DNA from: Camelus ferus | Lineage: Eukaryota | Assembly: GCF_009834535.1 (NCBI RefSeq) | Contig: NC_045697.1 | Span: 101,744,001-101,808,000, forward strand | DNA: 64,000 bases | Reading direction: 5' to 3' | In this document: positions 1 to 11,980 of the stretch, piece after piece | Layout of the letters: every line of letters starts with the position of its first letter | Position numbering within the stretch: position 1 is the first letter of the stretch | The notes under the pieces: generated by a model | What the model saw: the letters and a program-made list of their open reading frames with translations, nothing else | Database searches by the model: none | Told to the model about the DNA's origin: nothing | Made by a program: the position numbers and the translations under genes

Positions 1-240
1 TGTTAATTGTCTTAAGCACAATAATGAAATGATGGAAGAAAGTCTTGTTCTCAGGAGGTGCATGTTGAAGAATTCCGGCCCTCATGTCTGAAATTTACTT
101 TCAAATGGTCCAATGTGGCAAAATGCATCAATGTTTGAATCTAGAGAGAGGGTATACAAGTGTTCATTGTCCTATTGCTTCCACTTTCCTGTGGGATTGA
201 AATTTCTTAAAATAGAAATTTGGAGAAGGAATAAAATGGT
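1..240 (+). mobile_element. Old L1 (L1ME-like) 3' UTR fragment
   Basis: Degenerate 'gggtatacaagtgttcattgtcctattgcttccactttcctgtgggattgaaattt' resembles old mammalian L1ME 3' ends (recalled consensus). Confidence 0.55.
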
Positions 241-1159
241 GAAGCTGTGGATCTGGTGTTGACTATTTAATTTCACTGTGTTAGATTCTCTGAGGAGAAA
301 GAGGAAGTGCTTTTTGGGAACCCACGTTGATTTAGATCTCTAAGGTTATTTTCTTAAATTACCACGTCTGTGTTCTCCATACAAGACCAGTTAGGTTTGC
401 AAGGAACAAAATGTCTCCCTGACAAAATGCCTCAGAAATACACAGCATTGATCCCAAGAGGGTCGACCTAGGAATGTGAGGAATTGAGAAGAAACCTCTC
501 CACTGCTAGGAAGACACCGGAGGCTCGTGCCTCCACAAGGGTGGGCACCAGGGCTGTCATCACACACACAGGCGGCACATCGTGACTTCTGACAGCTTCT
601 CTAAATGTCTAGCATAACACCAGGGAGTGGTACAAGCAGACGATGATCTAGCTCGTTAGCACTCAGGCCAAAATTACTTAACTTGTCCAGACTATTTTAA
701 ATGCCCATTTATTAGTGAATTTGATGGGTTGGTGAGGGTTGCATCCAAGTCTAGCTGAGTCAACCTTCTTCCCTTTTCAGACACTTACTCAGAGAAATAA
801 AGAAGGAAGATAGATCTTAAAATAATTCTCATGAGCACTTTGCCACAAAATTAATAGCATTCTGTCATAAACACAGGATTCAGAGAAAAATATATATGCA
901 TATATTATTAATTACGTATTTTTATATATTATACACACATATACGTATATATGCATGTATACACATCTATACTGCATTTCACCTTTGCTAGCTTTGACAA
1001 TTACTTTCATTGTTTTTTAAATTTTATTTTTAGGAAACTAGTTCTTTCTTAATTATCTCAGTAGTAAGAAGAGCCAGAAATATTCACATGGTATAGTGAT
1101 GACATTTTGCATAGCAGTCATTTTTTTTTTAATTCAGAAAAAAACTTTAATTACTTCTT

Positions 1160-1372
1160 TTCCTTCTATTGAAATGTAGTTGATTTCATTGTATAGTTGA
1201 TTTCTAGTTTCAGGTACACAGTAAAGTGATTAGTTATGCATACACATCTATTCTTTTTCAGATTCTTTTCCATTGTAGGTTGTTATATTAAATATAGTTC
1301 CCTGTGCTATACTGTAGGTCCTTGTTGTTTATCTGTTTTATAAATAGTAGTGTGTATTTGTTAATATCAAAC
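1160..1372 (-). mobile_element. 5'-truncated lineage-specific L1 3' UTR fragment
   Basis: Matches the L1 tail repeated many times in this window (attgaa..tagttgattt..aatatagttccctgtgctatac..gtaggtccttgttgtttatct). Confidence 0.8.
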
Positions 1373-1999
1373 CTTAACCCTTAATTATCACTGTATTTGA
1401 AGAAGTAATAAAAGTTTTCAGCATTATTTCTAGATATACCTATGACTAAGAACCTGGAGGGCTAAGGAAAAAAAAAAATGATTTGCCAAACAAAACCCTA
1501 GGGGAAAACCTAAACATCCAAAACAAACTTAAAGACTCAGATAGTATTTGTCCACATGTTAGGAAATAACCAAATACGGAGATAGAGGCAAAAGAGCAGC
1601 TGAGTCCTAGCTCATTAGCTGTCATATGTATCCACCATCAAACAACGCTAGGCTTTATCATGCATTTTTTTCATCTGAAAGATGCAGGGCTCTTAAGTCT
1701 ATTTAGTATTGATTTGAATTAAACTATACATGAATAACTCATAAAATATTCTTCCTGGGACCTATCTTATTTCTGGAGATGAACCGGCTTCACAGAAAAT
1801 GGAAGATGAAAGTATAATTAAAATAGATTCTTATTTAATATCTAAACATTCTAGAGGTGTGGGTTGTAGCATTAAGAGACACAGTCCTCTCTGCAAAGCT
1901 GGTCTCACAAGCAGAAAGAGTAGCCTTACAGCCTTCCAGAATCCTAAGGTTTTCACAGTGGATTTGAACCTGGAAGTAACACTGACCCCTCCCTTCCTG

Positions 2000-2029
2000 C
2001 ACAGACACACACAGACACACACACACACA
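2000..2029. repeat. Imperfect (CA)n microsatellite
   Basis: cacagacacacacagacacacacacacaca seen directly. Confidence 0.9.
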
Positions 2030-2149
2030 TAAATAATAATAATATAACAATAGTGATAATACCTGAGCTTCTAGCAAAACAAAAGAGAACAAAAGCAAAA
2101 ACTCCTGCAATCTCCACACATCATATTTGATATTCTGATGTGCTATATA

Positions 2150-2640
2150 TGATTTATTCATTCATTTACTTATTGATTCATTCAACAAATACTTATTTAC
2201 CATCTGTAATGCATCTCATTCAAGGAGGTAAGGGGATGGCAGTAAATAAGACAGACAAGGCCTCGTTTGGATGATCGAACAGGGAAGGCCTTTAAGCCAA
2301 AACTGGGTAATGAGGAGTATCCCCTGCAAAGATCCAAGGACACGCATCCCAGAGACAGACAATCCAAGGACTAGGGCTCCAAGGTAAAAATAAACTTAGC
2401 GTGTTGATGGACAAAGGCTAAAGCCTGGGAGCAAGAAAGAAAGCGGTAAGAGGTAAGATGTGAAAAGAACGTAGTAGCCTAGGAGGAAGTTCTGTTCTTA
2501 TTCGGCATGAAGTTGGATGCCACCGGAGGGTTTTACACAGAGAAGTCACTAACGTCTTATTTATGTTTTTAAAAGGTTGTTCTGCCCGCTTTTAGAAGAA
2601 CGGATTGTAGGAGGCAAGAGGGAAGCAGTGGACAAGACAG
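2150..2640 (-). mobile_element. L2 LINE 3' fragment
   Basis: Begins 'attcattcatttacttattgattcattcaacaaatacttatt', the reverse of the L2 tail, then 'aaataagacagacaaggcc'. Confidence 0.65.
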
Positions 2641-2869
2641 GAGGGCAATTTCAGAGTATAGCTTGGGCCAAGCTTTTATTGGTATAAATGATGCATTCTG
2701 AGCGCCTGTGACGTGTATAAAAGGCCACTGTGTCAGCACAATGGCTAAAGTAAATGCAAGAATCAAGGGAAACTAGCAAAAGTAAGGAGAGAAGATAAGG
2801 GAAGAAATTGGGAAAGATCTGAATCTAGGAATGGACAGTTGTGTCATGAGCAAAAATAGAAGACCCTGA

Positions 2870-3960
2870 ATAGGACTTCCATGAGCCTGGCATGTCTCAT
2901 TGTAGAGAAGTAAGAAAGTGCCAGAAAGTAAGATAGTGCTCAAGACTAATGAGGCACGTCAAAAGCCTGGGGTCGGAAGGCAGGGGCCACCACTAGCAAT
3001 ACTCCAGACAGAGCATTCATCAGAGTGAGTCCTGACCGAAGTGGGTCTTACGGTGAAGAAAAAGGATCCAAGAAGGCATAATTACACTGATTAAAAACAA
3101 CACAAAACTTATAGAAAGTCCAAGTGGAGGAGGAGTTATTCTTTACAGAAAAAAAAAACGCAAAGGCATGATGGAGGTAGAAAATCCCCACTTACACAGT
3201 CACTACCGTAATACCTGATTCAACAAGAACCAAAAATGGGTGCCAAACTTACTGCGTACAAGATTCTTTGGGAAAAAATATTTACATAGTCACAAGGTTT
3301 CACCCCAACATGAATTATTAATTTGAAAGGAAAAAGGTCTTCTGCACCTCAGGCAGACGTCTGGCAGCAACGACTTTAACCAAATAGTCAAGTTCAACAT
3401 TACCGATAATGGGACAAACAGACATTGTGTGCCCCTGACGTGACTCACTTAGAAGGACCCACGTCACCTGGATAGCATTTCTTTCAATAACGTGTTACCT
3501 GCATCTAATCACAAGGAAGAAATTAAACAAGTCCAAACTGAAGGACAATCTACAAAAATAACTGGTCCAGACATAAAAAAAAAAAAAAAAGTCAACATCA
3601 TGAAAGGAAAAAAAGGATAGGAAAGTACTCCAGTTAGGGGCTAAAAAAGCACAATAACCAAACATAATAAGTTATCCTTTATTGGATCCTGGACTTTAAA
3701 AAGTAAAGCTATAAGGATAGTATTCAGACAATTACAGAAATCTGATAATAGACCATAATAAGAGAATATTTTTGTTCTTAGAAGATACAGCTTGTGTCTC
3801 CTAAGGGTTGAATGATTATGATGTCTGCAGATGGCTCAAAGACAGAGAAAGAAAGAAGCAAAAGATTTAAAATATATACAGTTGTTCCTTATCCTCATCT
3901 TACAAATTTTCTGTAGATTTGAAATCTTTCCCACTAGGAAGATGGGAAAAGAAAACAGTA
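2870..3960 (+). mobile_element. Old L1 (L1MC/L1ME-like) 3' UTR
   Basis: Motifs 'aaactgaaggacaatctacaaaaataactgg' and 'ttggatcctggac' resemble old L1 3' UTR consensus. Confidence 0.6.
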
Positions 3961-4029
3961 CAAGTGCTCTGCCTGCAGCAGCAGAGAAGACACAGCTCTC
4001 CCGCCATCTCCTCACTGCTGGGACAGCAT

Positions 4030-4275
4030 CCTGCCAGGCTGCCTAGTGCAGTGTTAAAGGCACCGGCTCTGGAGCCAGCTTCCTGGGCGCATATTTCAAC
4101 CTTTTTACATATTGACTGTGTGGCCTTTAACAGGCTACTTAACTTCCTTGTACCTCAGTTTCTTAACTATAAAATGGAAATAAAAATAGCACTAACCACA
4201 TAACAGTTTTGTGAGGATTAAAGCATTGAGAACGATGCTGGTAAACAGTGAGCACTCAATAAATGTAAGCTGTTG
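4030..4275 (+). mobile_element. MIR SINE
   Basis: MIR core 'cttaacttccttgtacctcagtttcttaactataaaatggaaataaaaatag' and tail 'gagcactcaataaatgtaagct'. Confidence 0.8.
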
Positions 4276-4461
4276 GTATTTTTCTTCAGTGGTCACTCAA
4301 GTCAAGACTAAATATCCGCAAAAAATACCCATGAGAGAATGCATCTTCTAAAATATAATTATAGATCTCATTCATAAACAAATTATCATAAAAAATTATC
4401 ATCTGGAAATTTTTTTTATCCTTTCTTACTCCAAGTACTCTCCAAACTTCAATTTAAAGTT

Positions 4462-4662
4462 GTTTTTTTTTAACATTTTTTATTGATTTATAATCATTTT
4501 GCAATGTTGTGTCAAATTCCAGTGTTTAGCACAATTTTTCAGTTATACATGAACATATACATATTCATTGTCACATTTTTTTCTCTGTGAGCTACCATAA
4601 GATCTTGTGTATATTTCCCTGTGCTATACAGTATAATCTTGTTTATCTGTTCTACAATTTTT
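4462..4662 (-). mobile_element. 5'-truncated young L1 3' UTR fragment
   Basis: Poly-T head followed by the shared L1 tail sequence (aatgttgtgtcaaattccagtg...ttccctgtgctatacagtataatcttgtttatct). Confidence 0.8.
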
Positions 4663-5556
4663 GTGGGTTTTTTTAAATGAATAATTTTAGTAATACATTA
4701 CCTGCTTTGTAGGATTACTGTTATGATTAGAACTTTAAGAATACTTAAAATGGTTATTCCAAGTAAGCACAAAAAGCATAAATTATATTTGGCACTCCCT
4801 ATGATACATGACAGGCAGATATTTTAGAAATATTTTCACTTAAAATAGTTCAAATTTTAATATTTAAATTCTAAATTAACTCTTAAATATCCAGAAAGAA
4901 GATTGCATCAAATTGTTCATTTCCTGAGATCTATATTAGCTAAGGTATATTAAATTTTCACTCTCAACTATGCTTTTAAAAATATTTCCTTCAGATGTGT
5001 CTTTCCGTTAATACTAAAATGGGGAAGTGAAATAAAACCCAGGGACAAGCAAATGTAGACATCTAAAACTATAGTTCCTCCCCTCCCCAACATGACTCTG
5101 GGAAACAGGGGGCTATATTCTTAGTGTGAAGGTGAACTAGAAGTAAGTCTGTTCTCAACTCCAAAGAATTGCAAGAAAAATCAATTCTCTCAAAATTGGC
5201 ACTGTATTGGGGGGGTGCGGAATGATGCTAAGAATTTGGATCCACAATTCAGTCCTCATTGTGGGTTTGTACCTGAATTCATACAACACGTGTAGGGTAA
5301 AAACCTCAAGCCAAGAATTCAGCGTGACATAATTCCTTACTGATAACACCCCCAGGTTCCCGGAAGGAGCAAATAAAAACACACTCGGCAAAAAGCCAAC
5401 TTCCAACCAAGCCTATAAGAATTCCCACAAACAAAAGTCAAGGAAAATGAATGGCCCACAGTCAAAAATAACAAAATATATAAGGAAAAAGCCATCCAGA
5501 ATGAGAACTAGTGGAACAATATGGTCCACAAAACAGTCCTATAATAAATTCAGATT

Positions 5557-6400
5557 GTGGAGTTATCTCTGGTGGCTTTGGGATGTGTCACCTGGCTGAA
5601 GTACTCTTCCCAGAATTCCCTTTCTTGAATGCTTCCTGTTAGGATAGGATGCAGGGAGGTCCTTAAGCCTCCATATTCTTAAACTTCTAATCATAGTACT
5701 ATAATACAAAGCAGGTATTACTAAAATTATTCAGTTTTAAAATGAACCTTTTTAATATATATCTTTATTGAAGAATAGTCAGTTTACAATGCTGTGTCAG
5801 TTTCTGGCGTACAGCACAATGCTTCTTCAGTCACATGGGAACATATACATATTTGTTTTCATATTCTTTTTTACCATAAGTTACTACCAGATATTGAAAT
5901 GTAGTTCCCCGTGATATATACAGGAGAAACATGTTGTTTATCTATTTTATACACAGCAGTTAGAGTGCCGTTTTGGAGTGCACACACCTTGCTGCTTTGC
6001 TGACCCACCTCGATGGGACGTATCAGCAGGGCCTGCAATTGCTCTCCCTTCCCCTCCATCCTTCTCTAGCTCTTCTAGCCAAAGAGTACGTATATAGTCC
6101 TCTGACAAAGGACCCAAGCTTCTGCAGAATACCGTTGTCACCAATAACAGAGGTGAAATGAACAAGTGTATCGGGCCACCCTCGTAGGATTCCATATCAT
6201 GCTGGTGAGTTCTGGCCTGCTTATGGTCTTCGTTTCCCACCCTGTGGACTTAAAGCTCCAGGTTCGAAAGCAGAGACAACAGCCTTGCAGGGGCTACTTA
6301 ACCAGCTCCCTAAATTATGTAAGTGAATTCCCTATAACAAATCTGTATATGTGTTTGTGTATATATTTCCTAGTGAGGGAATTTATATTATTTGAAATTT
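5557..6400. mobile_element. MLT2-like ERVL LTR, interrupted by a young L1 fragment
   Basis: 'tcccagaattccctttcttgaatgcttcctgttagg' and the terminal 'accagctccctaaattatgtaagtgaattccctataacaaatc' resemble MLT2 consensus ends. Confidence 0.55.
5749..5963 (-). mobile_element. 5'-truncated young L1 3' UTR fragment
   Basis: Near-identical to 35640-35840 (attgaag.atagtcagtttacaatgctgtgtca.tttctgg.gtacagcacaat). Confidence 0.85.
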
Positions 6401-6511
6401 ATGCTGTTTGACTGCTGCATTATCAGACACAGAATATAAAATGACCATGTTTAATACATTTAAAGAAAAGGAAGAGTGTTCTGCTTGTGCTTAGGATGTC
6501 AAAAACTTTTA

Positions 6512-6664
6512 GGGGGAGGGTATAGCTCAAGTGGTAGAGCGCATGCTTAGCATGCATGTGGTCCTGGGTTCAATCCCTGGTACCTCCTCTAAGAATAAAT
6601 ACATAAATAAACCTAACTACTTCCCCCCACCAAAAATAAAAACTAAAAAAAAAAAAAAAAAAAA
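6512..6664 (+). mobile_element. tRNA-Ala(AGC)-derived SINE (camelid vic-1-like)
   Basis: A box TAGCTCAAGTGG at 6523-6534, anticodon arm CATGC-TTAGCAT-GCATG, B box GGTTCAATCCC at 6567-6577, A-rich linker and poly-A tail. Confidence 0.85.
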
Positions 6665-7890
6665 GATAGGTGCTGGACAAGGTTGCTCCTATTCTAACAA
6701 GAAAAGTTGGACAATCAGTAAAATTATAACTTTTCTCCAACTTACTAAAGGCACTGAGGTCACAAGACAACCAAGCAAACTGAATTCAAAGAGTGACAGT
6801 TAGAGGCAGGACTATTGCTTCTGAGAGAGCAGGAATAGAAGAGGTGACTGCCATAAAGGGGGATAAGAAGAAATCAACTAATATTACTTAATAAATTCTT
6901 AAAGACTGAGTCGGTGCTAATGGATCAGTTCATAGTAATTGGGAGCCCCTGACACAAGGAGAATCTGCACTCACTTGCAACTTCTTTTCTGCAGGTTTCC
7001 ACCAGGTCTTCATAAGAAAAACTAAGCACAGGGCAGAAGACTCCAAAAAAGCCCTTGCTGATGTGCAATAATTGACTGATGCTGGAAGGAAAAGCATAAA
7101 ACATGGCCTGCTTTTCTAGACCCTCTTTCATATGAAGCAAAAGCTGGGGACCACTTGGTTAGGAGCAGCAACCCTTGTAAAAGACCTACAGCTTGAAGGA
7201 ATAGTAGAAATAAAAGCCCTCTGCTCCTGAGAAAAGCACAGGTATGCCTCCTGGGCTCAGCTTCCTGTACTGATACGAACTAGAGGTCTCCCACCCCTGG
7301 AGGGGGGGTAAGACCACCATGTACACAATGTAGAGCTTGGCTACCCTGGGGGAGTGCTGAGAAAGCTCTAGCCTCTGAGTTCCAGGGTCACAGGCTTGCC
7401 TAAGACTAAGGCTGGACCCGGATAACTGACAACAACCTTTGTCTCCCCACCACCACCACCAGGAGTCTACCATTAGTAACAAGTCAGCACCAGTCTTCCA
7501 CTGAAAAGAGACTCCCTCTTTGGTGCAAATGTCAGGGGGCCTCTGAAAGCTGTGGGTGGAGGAGTTACACTGTTCAGTCACACGCTAAGCACAAGGCTCA
7601 GCCTACTGCTCTGAGAGAGTTTCTAGCTGGAGGAGCAGAGGGGGAACTCAAGCAGATCCAGGAGACTCCCTCAGCTGAGATGTAAGAAAGTCCCAGGAGA
7701 CCAACGTGGCCAGAGTCCACAGGACCAAACACCAGAGGGAGGACAGCTGCATGGAGAGAGAACCCCCGAGTTCTGCGGAGAGTTCCCCTTGAGAATTCAG
7801 CAGAATTCTGATGAACACAAGCAAGGGAGAAAACCATCCAAGTACTGAGCAAAGAACACCTGAAAGGATCGAAGGGGATAGAACAGAGCC
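6665..7890 (+). mobile_element. Ancient L1M 5'-end-derived sequence
   Basis: 7650-7810 is visibly homologous to the reverse complement of ~43930-44090, which lies in an old L1 block. Confidence 0.5.
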
Positions 7891-8357
7891 ATGGTAAAAG
7901 TATTGAGTGACACCTCTATGCTAGGCAAGTTCACATGAATATCTTATCTTCACAAGGAACTGTGAGATAGATAACATATTCATTTTACAGAAAAGGAAGC
8001 TGGGGCCCCAGAAGGGACTCCTGCAGTTTTTGCAGGATTACCGAGCTAGTCAATGTCAGCGCTTGCATGCAAGATTATGTCTTCTGACCAAAAACACGTG
8101 TCTCTTTGCAGTTTTCTGTGCTCTCTCTCCTTGCACATGGCCTGTGATTGACGAAATTCTGAGAGACTTAGCTTTTCTTTACTTACTAACTGGAAATTCC
8201 CTCCCTCCCTTCAACAATTGCTTGAAACAGGCATACAACACTTAAAATGCATGTACTCAACGTTTCTTCTGAATACTGCAGGTTTTCTTCATGCTTCTAA
8301 GGTCAACTTTCTTTAGAGGAGGATTATAGTTTTGATTTATTTAAAAATGAATTGAGT

Positions 8358-8471
8358 GGGAGGGTATATCTCTGTGGTAGAGCACATGCTTAGCATGCAC
8401 AAGGTCCTGGGTTCATTTCCCAGTGCCTCCACTAAAGGAAAAAAAAAAAAAAAGAATAAACTTTAAAAATA
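8358..8471 (+). mobile_element. tRNA-Ala-derived SINE (vic-1-like) with perfect 15-bp TSD
   Basis: Homologous to 6512-6590. TSD AAAAATGAATTGAGT at 8343-8357 and 8472-8486, at a TT/AAAA L1-endonuclease site. Confidence 0.9.
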
Positions 8472-8892
8472 AAAAATGAATTGAGTACCCATAGGGCACC
8501 AGAACAAATTTTGTAAAAACATTTACATAGTTTTAAGTATTGAGGTTTTTTTAATGATTTTATTTTTCCTACGAAAACTTTTCTATCTTTAAAAATGTTA
8601 CTAAAATCCAGGGGCCTTAAGTGATCCCTAAAATCAACATCACATCTCTTCTTACAAGGCTTGGTGGAATGAATGGATGAAGTCCCTACCTGAAGAATCA
8701 TGGTGGGAGGGCATCTCAAGTGTAGCGATACCAAAGGAATGTCCTTAATCCGGATCACCTGAATCCAGAAACTAGATCCCAAATTTCCCATTTTTGTTTG
8801 TGCAGTTTTCCAGGGGGGCTCTGACAGCTTTCTTCAAATCCCCAAGAGTCTCAAATGCAGTAAAAAGTAAGGAACTTGTACTCGATCGGTAC

Positions 8893-9078
8893 TAGTCATT
8901 CTCAAACTGTGGTCTCTGGATCACAGCAGCAGCATCGTCTGGGATCTTGTTAAAACTGCAAGCACTCAAGCCTCACCTGGACCTGCTGAATCAGAAACTC
9001 CAAGGGTGGGGCCCAGCAATGCCTGTTTTAACGATCCCTCCAGGTGATCCTGATGGATGCTCAAGTTTGAGAACACAG
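8893..9078. mobile_element. MER5A hAT-Charlie MITE
   Basis: 'ttctcaaactgtggtc...tgaatcagaaactc...ggggcccagcaat...ccctccaggtgat.ctgat...tcaagtttgagaa' is the MER5A pattern. Confidence 0.8.
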
Positions 9079-10539
9079 CTCTCTCTTTCCCTTGGATTGA
9101 CCTCCAAAAGCCACTATTCTCATCTGGCTGAAAAGGCTTCTTGAGAACTCCCCCCTTTTTTTTTGCCCTGTCCAAGCTCATGTCTAATTCTACTTAATGC
9201 AGGAAGCTTTCCAAGCCTGGAGGAACTAAATTCGATTTCTCCCATCATCTGGAAAGAGCCACCTCCCCCAACCCTCACCCTATCCTAGCACAGGATATTC
9301 ACCCTGTTCCTTAAAAGAAAGATAAATAAATACAGAAGACCAGAATCAAAACTTCAAACCAACCACAAAAAGCACTTGGTGTGTGTTTGGACAACATGCG
9401 AATAAATATATGACATGTTTATTTTACTGTTTTAGAGCTTAAACTTTTGGAAACTTTTGGGCTAAAGGAACTCTCACTTATATATATACCCTTGGGCAAC
9501 AGACAAAGTAAATAAATTTTTCAACACTGGAGAATAGCAAAAATATTCTCAAATCATGATTCTGTCTGATGAGCTGCTCTAGAATCCCAGGGCTGGATTT
9601 AATCAGTGTCCATAAAATTGCTCGCATTTAAAATTGTCCATCAGCTGTTGTGTCTCCGTGGTGCTCCAGCTACTGCACGGAATATAGGACGGCTCTGACT
9701 TCTATTCCCATGGTCACTTCCCTGTGGCATTCTGTGCTTCTGGCTTAACTTTCCTGGGAAGAAAAACTGAAAACTTTCTTGGTACTGAGCCATGCTCTCA
9801 TCTGGGATAAAGATTAAGAAAGAGGAAGGGAGCTTTTGTTCAGATTATACACGCCAGATACTGCCACATTAATAGGCCCGCGCATCCCAATGGTGCTTAC
9901 TTCAAACATTTGGTTCTCAAAGCCTCCTGTCTCAGGAATGTGCTGGTAACTGTCAGGAGTCAGGGACGAGTGGCCCCATGCATTCATGAACACTTACTCT
10001 ATGAGCGCCACTGATAGTATAAAGGGAAATCCTTCGAACTTATTGTGGTTTATCAGCTCTCACGTAGCTCAATGTTTCCCAGATTGGAGGTTTCCACACC
10101 CAAGGGAACTATGAGAATTGTTAGAGAGGTCACCACGTTGGCTTCAAGCCAAGAGGACATAAACCACCATCCGTGAAAGGCATCTTTGCCTTAGAATTAG
10201 TATTGACTGACGGGAAACCACGCAATGATTATAAATGAAAGAGCTCTTTGATCGTTTTCCTTGTAGAAACTGAGGATGAGTAAACAGGTCAAAGCTCACG
10301 TGCAGAAAGAAAGTAAAAAAAAAAAAAAAAAAAGTGAGTGGATGATAATAGAAACAAAAGGAGAGAAGAGTCAAAAAAGAGAATGTGGAGAGAGAGCAAG
10401 GAAGCAGTGAAGACAGGAAAACAGTGCAACAGAACCCACTCAGTTTCTAAGTCAATGTTTTAAATTATAGTAAAAATTTCAGGCACCGCCTCCAAGGGAG
10501 ACAGAGTAGTGAAGGAGTCTAACTAAGATTTATTGCATC

Positions 10540-10785
10540 AGTGTTACTGATTTTTCCTTTTGCCTTAAGCTCAAATAGGGTTTGGCCAGCACCGTTACTG
10601 GACCTAATTATTTAAATTTTTGAAAAGTTTGAATTTTTGTTCAATTGGATTCTGTTCAACTGGATTTTGATTTTTTTTTAATATTGCATTAAAATATCAT
10701 TTATCTTGATTACCAAGTCTGGGGCACTTCTTAAATTTTGTACCCAAGGCAAGTGTCCTGCTTGTCTTATCCTAGTCCTGGCCCA
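10540..10785. mobile_element. hAT DNA transposon remnant (MER96B-like)
   Basis: Terminal 'ttaaattttgtacccaaggcaagtg...cctagtcctggccc' resembles the recalled consensus end. Confidence 0.5.
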
Positions 10786-11479
10786 TAGATCATACTGTCC
10801 TTCAAAATTTGATGTGGTACAGTCAGAAGAAGAGATGGAGAAACAGGTCTCTCCTTCAAATGGGAAGTCTAATTAGCGTCTGGGTTCAGCCAAATATAGC
10901 TCTGGAGGCTGGAAGCTCTCGTGGGAAGTAATTTTCACAAATTATGGGGTTGGAGAAATGCTTGTACCTTAAAGAATTAGATGTGGAGACTTACTCTGAA
11001 TAAAGTTTCTCCCAAGCACTCATTTGTATTATCTAGTGAAAGCCAGGCAAACAATCGTCTCGTAGCCATCTCCTCCTCTGTCACAAACATAAGGCCTGAA
11101 AGTGAAACCAAAGACTCTTGTCCCGCCAAGTCCTACAAGAAAGGCAAACCAGGAACTCAGCAACTCCCAGGTTTACACTGCAATTTGAAAGTGACAGGCT
11201 TCTCCCTGGAGCAATGTAAGAAGCTTCCAGAAAAACATGCTTTGAATGTTTATTAATCTGTTCATGTGGGAAAGGATACATAGTTGGGGATCAGACCTAC
11301 TGAGTCTGGATCTATAGACTCCAGCAGGAGACTACAGAAATGCATCTGGATGAAGAAATCCTGGTCAAATTAAACTAAAGTAGCCGACTTGAGAAAATTT
11401 GATAATTAAGATGATTTTTATTATCGTGTTATCATTTGTTACGGGAAGAGCAGAGTATCAGGCATTTTATTTACATTAC

Positions 11480-11655
11480 CTTTTTTATAGTCACAATAAC
11501 CAGGAACGGGAGACTTTTCTCTCTCCATTTTCCACATGAAGAAACCAACTTAGAAAAGTGATCTGCCCTCAGCCAGATCAAGCGATTTGTTAGTTTTCGG
11601 TGGAGCCAGATTTTTAACCCGAGTCTAATTCCCAAAATCACTGTGTTTTTCTCTT
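11480..11655 (-). mobile_element. MIR SINE
   Basis: 'ctccattttccacatgaagaaaccaacttagaaaagtgatctgccc' is the reversed MIR core. Confidence 0.6.
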
Positions 11656-11658
11656 CAT

Positions 11659-11980
11659 CAGGGGTCTGCAGACTACAGACCACATGCCAGTTCTGCTATG
11701 TCACCTCAGTCTGCAAACCAAGATCAGTTTTTAGATCTTTAAATGGTTGAAGAAAATCAAAAGAATGTTATTTTATGAAATGTGAAAATTACACAAAATT
11801 CAAATCTCAGTGTCCATAAATCAAATTTTATTGGAACCCAGCCACACCCATTCACTTCCTTACTCTCTCTGCTCCATTCATACTGCAATGGCAGAGTGAA
11901 GTTGTTGCTAGAGAGCTCATACAGCCCACAACCTAAAATATTTACTATGGGCTTCTTTAAGATAACATTATCCTAACTTG
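11659..11980. mobile_element. MER58B hAT-Charlie element
   Basis: Starts 'caggggtctgcagactac'; contains 'aaattcaaatctcagtgtccataaa...ttttattggaacccagccacaccca' and 'cctaaaatatttactat'. Confidence 0.75.

Noticed and set aside
6512..6590. Possible true tRNA-Ala gene (also 8358 and 46314)
   Set aside because: Each has a 5' extension, an A-rich/poly-A tail and no adjacent T-run terminator. There are three diverged copies, one with a perfect TSD, so these are SINEs.
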